From NCBI GenBank assembly GCA_973895155.1, contig OZ316897.1, positions 5,039,976 through 5,103,975 on the forward strand: 64,000 nt of DNA, in the 5' to 3' direction. The notes below the pieces were generated by a model, which was not told where the DNA came from, searched no databases, and was given only the letters and a program-made list of their open reading frames with translations. This stretch comes from Marsupella aquatica. Lineage: Eukaryota > Plantae > Marchantiophyta. The stretch's first letter is position 1. The number at the start of each line of letters is the position of its first letter. The translations under genes were made by a program, and so were the position numbers. Positions 58,850-64,000 of the stretch are shown piece by piece.

Positions 58850-60741
58850 AACTCTCTTCTAACACTCCTTCAACTGAATGGCGATGGAAGGCTTTGTAGA
58901 AATGGAATGCGTCTGTTTGCTCACGCTCTGGGTTGGGATGCCCTCCAAAGAAGACATTTTGGACTGCCAACCATCTAGCTTGAGCGTTGTTCGCCATGAA
59001 TCCATGAATGATCAGATTTTCCAACCCATTCTCCTTGGACACCTCAATCATTAGTCTCCAAGTCTTCTCAAAGGACTCGGTATCCTCAACTTTTAGTTTG
59101 CAAGTGAATAAAGTACACAAAGCACGATAGTTGTGATCCTAAATATGCGCACTAAAAGTTACCCAGTCTTTTGTGAGTCGTTTCATCACATCAAAACTTA
59201 CCCAAGCACCTTCCAGACTCCCACCAGGTTGCATTTGTCTCAAAAGATCAACACCTGATCCATGGCCGACCGAAGTCATCTTGAATATGTGAGGACGGTC
59301 TCCTTGAGATTCTTGATCTGGTAGGAGGTACCTTTGGAGGAAAGGCATGTTGATATTTCTTTGATATTGACAAGAAAATCTAGTTCACCCCGACCTTTCT
59401 AGTCCTGTCTAACACTATGGAAAAGGGACGCAAACTTCTGGGGTGTGGAAACTACCATGAGTGACCCAAAAATCTATGTTTCTTCAATATCTTCAATATC
59501 TTCAATATCTTCCATACTTTCACACAAGGACTTCACAAAGGACCCTGTCGCAACATTCGTTACACCAGCTGGGGTGAACATTGGATTTCCTTCCAATTTC
59601 TTTTTGATAACCTCCTCAACAATCTTCTTTGCGCTCCTCAAAAACACCTTTCTTGAAGGATGGTTGTGGATCCCCATATGAATTGCCAAGCGGGACATGA
59701 TGTGAGTACAGGTTTTTGAGTCAGCTAGAACCTGAGGGTACATGTAAAATAACCGTGCTGGACAGGATTGGACACAAAACGGAACTTCATCACAAAATTG
59801 GCAAACAACTCCACCTTCATCAATGAAGGAGCCAACACAATGTTGCCCGCCAAGTTTGGGGGTTCTAGCCCAAGCCTTCTGGTTCCTCCTTTTCTTCCAT
59901 CAAAAATAGTCGCAAGTATTATTCCTACACTCAATGAAACCAGTGCACGTTACTTTACCAAATTCCCAATAATTCTTGGGATGGACGTTAGCTGATGTAG
60001 GAAATATTCTGGTCCAGATGTAGCAATCCTTCGACCGGTCCATGTCGCGTAGACGTGTGACCCCTTTGAAAGAGCTCCCGGTGCAGGAGGCAACTTGAAT
60101 ACAATATTTCCATTGTATTTCTTTGGCAAACAGTCGACTTGCTCATGACGAAAGTTCCCAACGGCAATGAATCTTAAGATTTCACTAGAACCAGTTGACT
60201 TGAGAATAGTATCCATTGCACTTCTTCGATACACAATGGAATTTTTGGCAGAAACAATGGGAACCTCCTCTTTCACAACCGAGTGAGGGAGTTTAGGAAT
60301 TGACTAAGGCAAACAAGTAGGGCCATCATTGCCGCTATCTGAAAGCAAGACAACATCAACAAAGGGATTGGATGAAGATGGGAGATTAGGTGCTAATGGT
60401 TTCTGAATGACAATAGAATACCGCATTCTTGCATTCAGGTGCCAAAAACAAATCCCATCATCAACATCAAAAGAAGCAGTAAAGGTTGACGCTTCATCTC
60501 CATTCCCCTCCTCCAAAATGTCCTTGATATCGTTGAAATTCAAACCAAACCTCCCACAAAGATAATTCTCACTAACTTGCTTGTAGACATCATTGACAGA
60601 CAATGGAATGGATACAATGTCACCAATAGACGGACAAGTAACAATGAGTGACCTTGACATTGAAAAATCAATAAACCCAAAACCCACAGTTGAAGATAAT
60701 GAATGACGGTTTTGCACGTCCACAATGGTATTCATAGTCAA
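58850..60741 (-). pseudogene. Mutator/MULE-like transposase, N-terminal two-thirds, cut by the family B LTR
   Basis: QVDCLPKKYNGNIVF, LAIHMGIHNHP (Zn-finger tail), WVSFDVMKR, GFMANNAQARWLAV, EREQTDAFH (CxxH-like); several frameshifts. Confidence 0.7.
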
Positions 60742-61837
60742 GATGCCGTTCGTCAGTGCTGTTAGAATACGATAGAAGAACTACGGGGCAAAAACACTTC
60801 TGACACAATAAATGTTTTTGTCGTTACATCAACGACATTTATACTAACGAGCCTAAACTGACCATTCCCAAATACCATAGTCATGTCTCTGAAATCACCA
60901 TAATTGAATAGCGCCCGACGCTACTAAAACATAAACACAAAATTTTGGACATAAAATGGTATGTATTCTGTTTAGCGCCAGGTGCTACTAAAACATACAC
61001 ACTAAATTTTGGACTTAAAATGGTATGTTTAATGTTTAGCGCCAAGCGCTAATATCCAGGATTTTGGAATACCTCCTAAATTTTTAGCGACACTTGAAAA
61101 ATATTCAAAATATTTGCCAAAAATGAGGAGATTTTATACTAGCGCCAGGCGCTATTCTTCATCGGTTATTAACACATTGATTTGAGGAAAAATATTCCAA
61201 AATATGTACATATATTGTATTATTTTTGATACTTTGCAGTCATATATGTCTCCATTTGTGGAAAAAATTGTGTTAGATTATGGAGAGTCTTTGGTAGCTC
61301 CAGGCACTACTATTGAACAATACAAGATTACACCTGAAGAATATAGATAAAATTGATCGCAATATTTATTTAACGGTCATATTCAACGGTAACTTTAGAT
61401 TGCGTAACGTTGAAGGTAGGTCTATGATATTCCAATGACTAATCCAAAGGTGACAAGTGGCATCTTGGAAAATGTCCTGGATAGATATCAATGTAGCGAG
61501 GGGATAATTTAGAGAGGGTACTCTCTCCACCTTCCTGGTCCGCTGTATTTAGGTTCCGTTCCGGATGTTATTTGTCCAAGAATTCTCTAGAAGAAGTACG
61601 GTACGAATGAAGTACTCATTCCAAGCGCGAGGAACTTGGGGTTTGTGAAACATGGACCCTCTTCCCACCACCTTGTATGGGTATAGTGCAAATGGGCAGA
61701 GAGAGCACATCCATTCACAAACATCCGAGTGCTTGTTTTTTGGATCTGTTTACAGTCGTCGTGTGACACGATCTACAACATTGCAAGCTCCCAAAATAGT
61801 CGCAGTTGTCACATTTCCGAAGAGTAGGAGAGCGAAG

Positions 61838-62555
61838 ATGGACAATCTCGACACATACGCAATGGAAGATCGTGGAGAAATATCACTGACAATGTCCAAC
61901 ATTATCTCCAAACATGTTATGTTGTTTGGCAAGGATTTCCAAGGGCATGACAAAGACCCACCGAGGATTCCAATGTGTCGATTGGTTCACATGGAAGTTG
62001 TCCGCACCCTACAAAAGGGAAGTCCTTGAATTGAAGTTGAAGGACTCTTTTCGGAGCACAGGATACAGCTCTAAAATTGGAATATTTTTTTATGTCCAAC
62101 TGGCAGATTCGAATGGAAATGTCTAGACGTGTACTCTTGAAATTTGAGCGACCTGGGACCCGTTTGGGTGGCAGAGAACAAGAAGTTTGAAGCTGAATGT
62201 GCAGCCAATCTAGACTTTAGGGTCCAGCAGGATAAGATGTTTTCTGTTTTTGACGGTAACCATCAACTTTACGCATGGTCGATCGTTACGAACGAAAATC
62301 CCGATGATATCAAGTACCACCCTCGGGTGCAATGTACTATTTTCAAGGGTGAAAAGGGATCTTTGATTGAGATTGAGGCAGCTATGCATACTGTGAACCA
62401 ATAAGTTTCTCTTTGAATTTCATTGTCTTTTGTTCATAGTGTTCAGAGAATCCATTCCATTTTACTAGCGCTTGGCGCTAATTACTGATCTATTCTTCTG
62501 TAGACTTGGGCAGGCCGTGGTGGAACCTTCTTGGATACTTGACGCTGACAGAATT
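61838..62555 (+). pseudogene. ParB/Srx-like domain gene, divergent from the MULE transposase, truncated
   Basis: IPMCRLVHMEVVRTL...LKDSF..TGY...FSVFDGNHQLYAW...IEAAMHTVN; frameshifted; intron ~62402-62503. Confidence 0.62.
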
Positions 62556-62774
62556 AAAAAGCCTTCAAAAATTTTAAGCCTTAAAAAAAACTACTTCCCC
62601 TATCCTTCGTTTGTCTTATTACAATTTTCTCTCTTCATAAAAATTCTCTCCCAACCACAATCCATCTCCAAATACTCCCAACCTGAAATAAGTTTCTCCT
62701 TTCCCTTCCTTTATTTTCCATCCCGACGACAACGAGAACAACAGGCTTATCGAGAGTGCCTGAACTTTACATCC

Positions 62775-63585
62775 ACCCATCCGATGATGAGGATGAAACT
62801 GCCAAAAATGATGAGCATATAGGTACGTTTATTGTCCAAGAATGTTGTTGTTTTGGGTATTTCGTGATGAGCATGAAGTGTGTCATTTTCAATGGCGTAA
62901 AAATACACGCCTTTGTTGTGCAAAATCGATGAACGCAGGAGAGCCTGATTCCCAATATGATTTCACATCGACTTTTGAGGTTGAGTATGAGGATTTGCAC
63001 TCACAGCCAGAACCGGACATTAGCCAGGCCATTGAAGAGGCTCACCCAACTGCCTCTAAGCCATGCCAATCAGAGCAAACCACTCAACAACTAGCTGCAG
63101 TGCCGACAGCCAATTCGGACATTCTAGGGTCGGATGGTGATCCTGTTCCAAATCCCACTCCACAACGGAACACTTCTGCCTCAAGGAGACCGGGTAAGAG
63201 GCCTACCAATTTGCAAGCAACTTCAAGGCCTAATTTGGCTCAATTATATGCAGACAAGATAGCAGAGAAGAACTCATATCGGCAGCATATGATTACAGTG
63301 AAGGATAAGTGGAGAACTGAAGAACTTGATGATAGGTGAGAGGCCAGGGAGATTGTAGCACTTCAGACCCTGAAGAGAGATTGCATCCAAAGAAGAGCAC
63401 ACAAGAAACGGGCTAGAGCAGACCGTGTACACCAATTGGCTATGCTGCAAACGCAACAGGCCAACTTCATGTTAACTGAACTTTTAAATTCCAATAGGAG
63501 TCGAGACAAGATCAGAGACCTGATGAGTTTATTTCCTGGAGCTCCAACTACTAACAACACTCGTGACACAGGAGATGTGTTGTAG
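62775..63585 (+). pseudogene. Unknown acidic, low-complexity and coiled-coil ORF, probably cargo
   Basis: ORF 62842-63339 continues through one TGA to 63585; putative intron 62822-62938. Confidence 0.35.
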
Positions 63586-64000
63586 GAAGAACTGAAGATG
63601 TACCATTTTGAGATGCAGTTTGGGCATCGTGTTCAGTGTGCGAAACTTTGAGTTAATCTTGAATGTAGAGTTTGTGTTAGTAGCGCAGGCTACTTTAATT
63701 CCAGACCTCTGCCAATTTTGAAGGCGCCACCTTGCAATTTTGTTGATTGATGTGAAGCGTTCACATTATTGTACCTTGCACTATTGCATTAAGTTGACTA
63801 TTGGAACTTTGCCATACTCTATGTGCTGTCCTGTATGCCTTTGTATGATGTGCCTCTGTTCACATTCATATTATTCACAAAGTACTTCAACAATCTGCTA
63901 TCCCAAAATGTAGACACTAGAAGCCAAATGCATGTACATTCATGGTAAAATCAGTGCTCTCTTGATAACTGTTGGCAAAAATGTTGCTTGCACGAAGGCT

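Larger units (their letters stand above)
60909..63692. repeat. Palindrome TAGCGCCWGGCGCTA and variants in the MULE-like element
   Basis: Copies at 60909, 60973 and 61037 (64-bp tandem units), 61140, 61295, 62466 (intron) and a degenerate copy at 63681. Confidence 0.85.

Overview
The window is almost entirely a nest of transposable elements from a land plant, most plausibly a non-seed plant. That assignment is inferred from the Sola-type and MULE-type transposases, the Bianca and Tnt1-like Copia elements and a DNMT-bearing Gypsy. I found no ordinary host gene and no RNA gene. Left to right: (1) the 3' end of a Bianca-like Copia (1-3384). (2) A CACTA terminus at 4720 followed by a TnpA-like gene, a BRCT ORF and an EDM2-like PHD ORF. 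(3) A non-chromovirus Gypsy (~13658-30756) whose ~4.7 kb LTRs contain a ~1200-aa ORF; two TSD-flanked solo LTRs of this family lie at 21537-26205 and 54011-58673. (4) A decayed Gypsy carrying a C5 cytosine methyltransferase and a C-terminal PHD finger (~31920-58849), into which a Copia, a hAT-like MITE, an 11.7 kb Sola-type DNA transposon and a solo LTR have inserted. (5) A MULE-like element (58850 to the end). The most notable signal is that two unrelated DNA transposons each carry a ParB/Srx-like domain gene and each is studded with its own short palindrome in non-coding DNA and introns. The Sola element has about 23 copies of CGATAAATTTATCG and its ParB domain is followed by a beta-class amino-methyltransferase; the MULE has about 10 copies of TAGCGCCWGGCGCTA. 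This suggests a ParB/parS-like self-recognition and marking system in plant transposons. That function is a hypothesis, and all domain calls come from motif recognition by eye, not from database searches.
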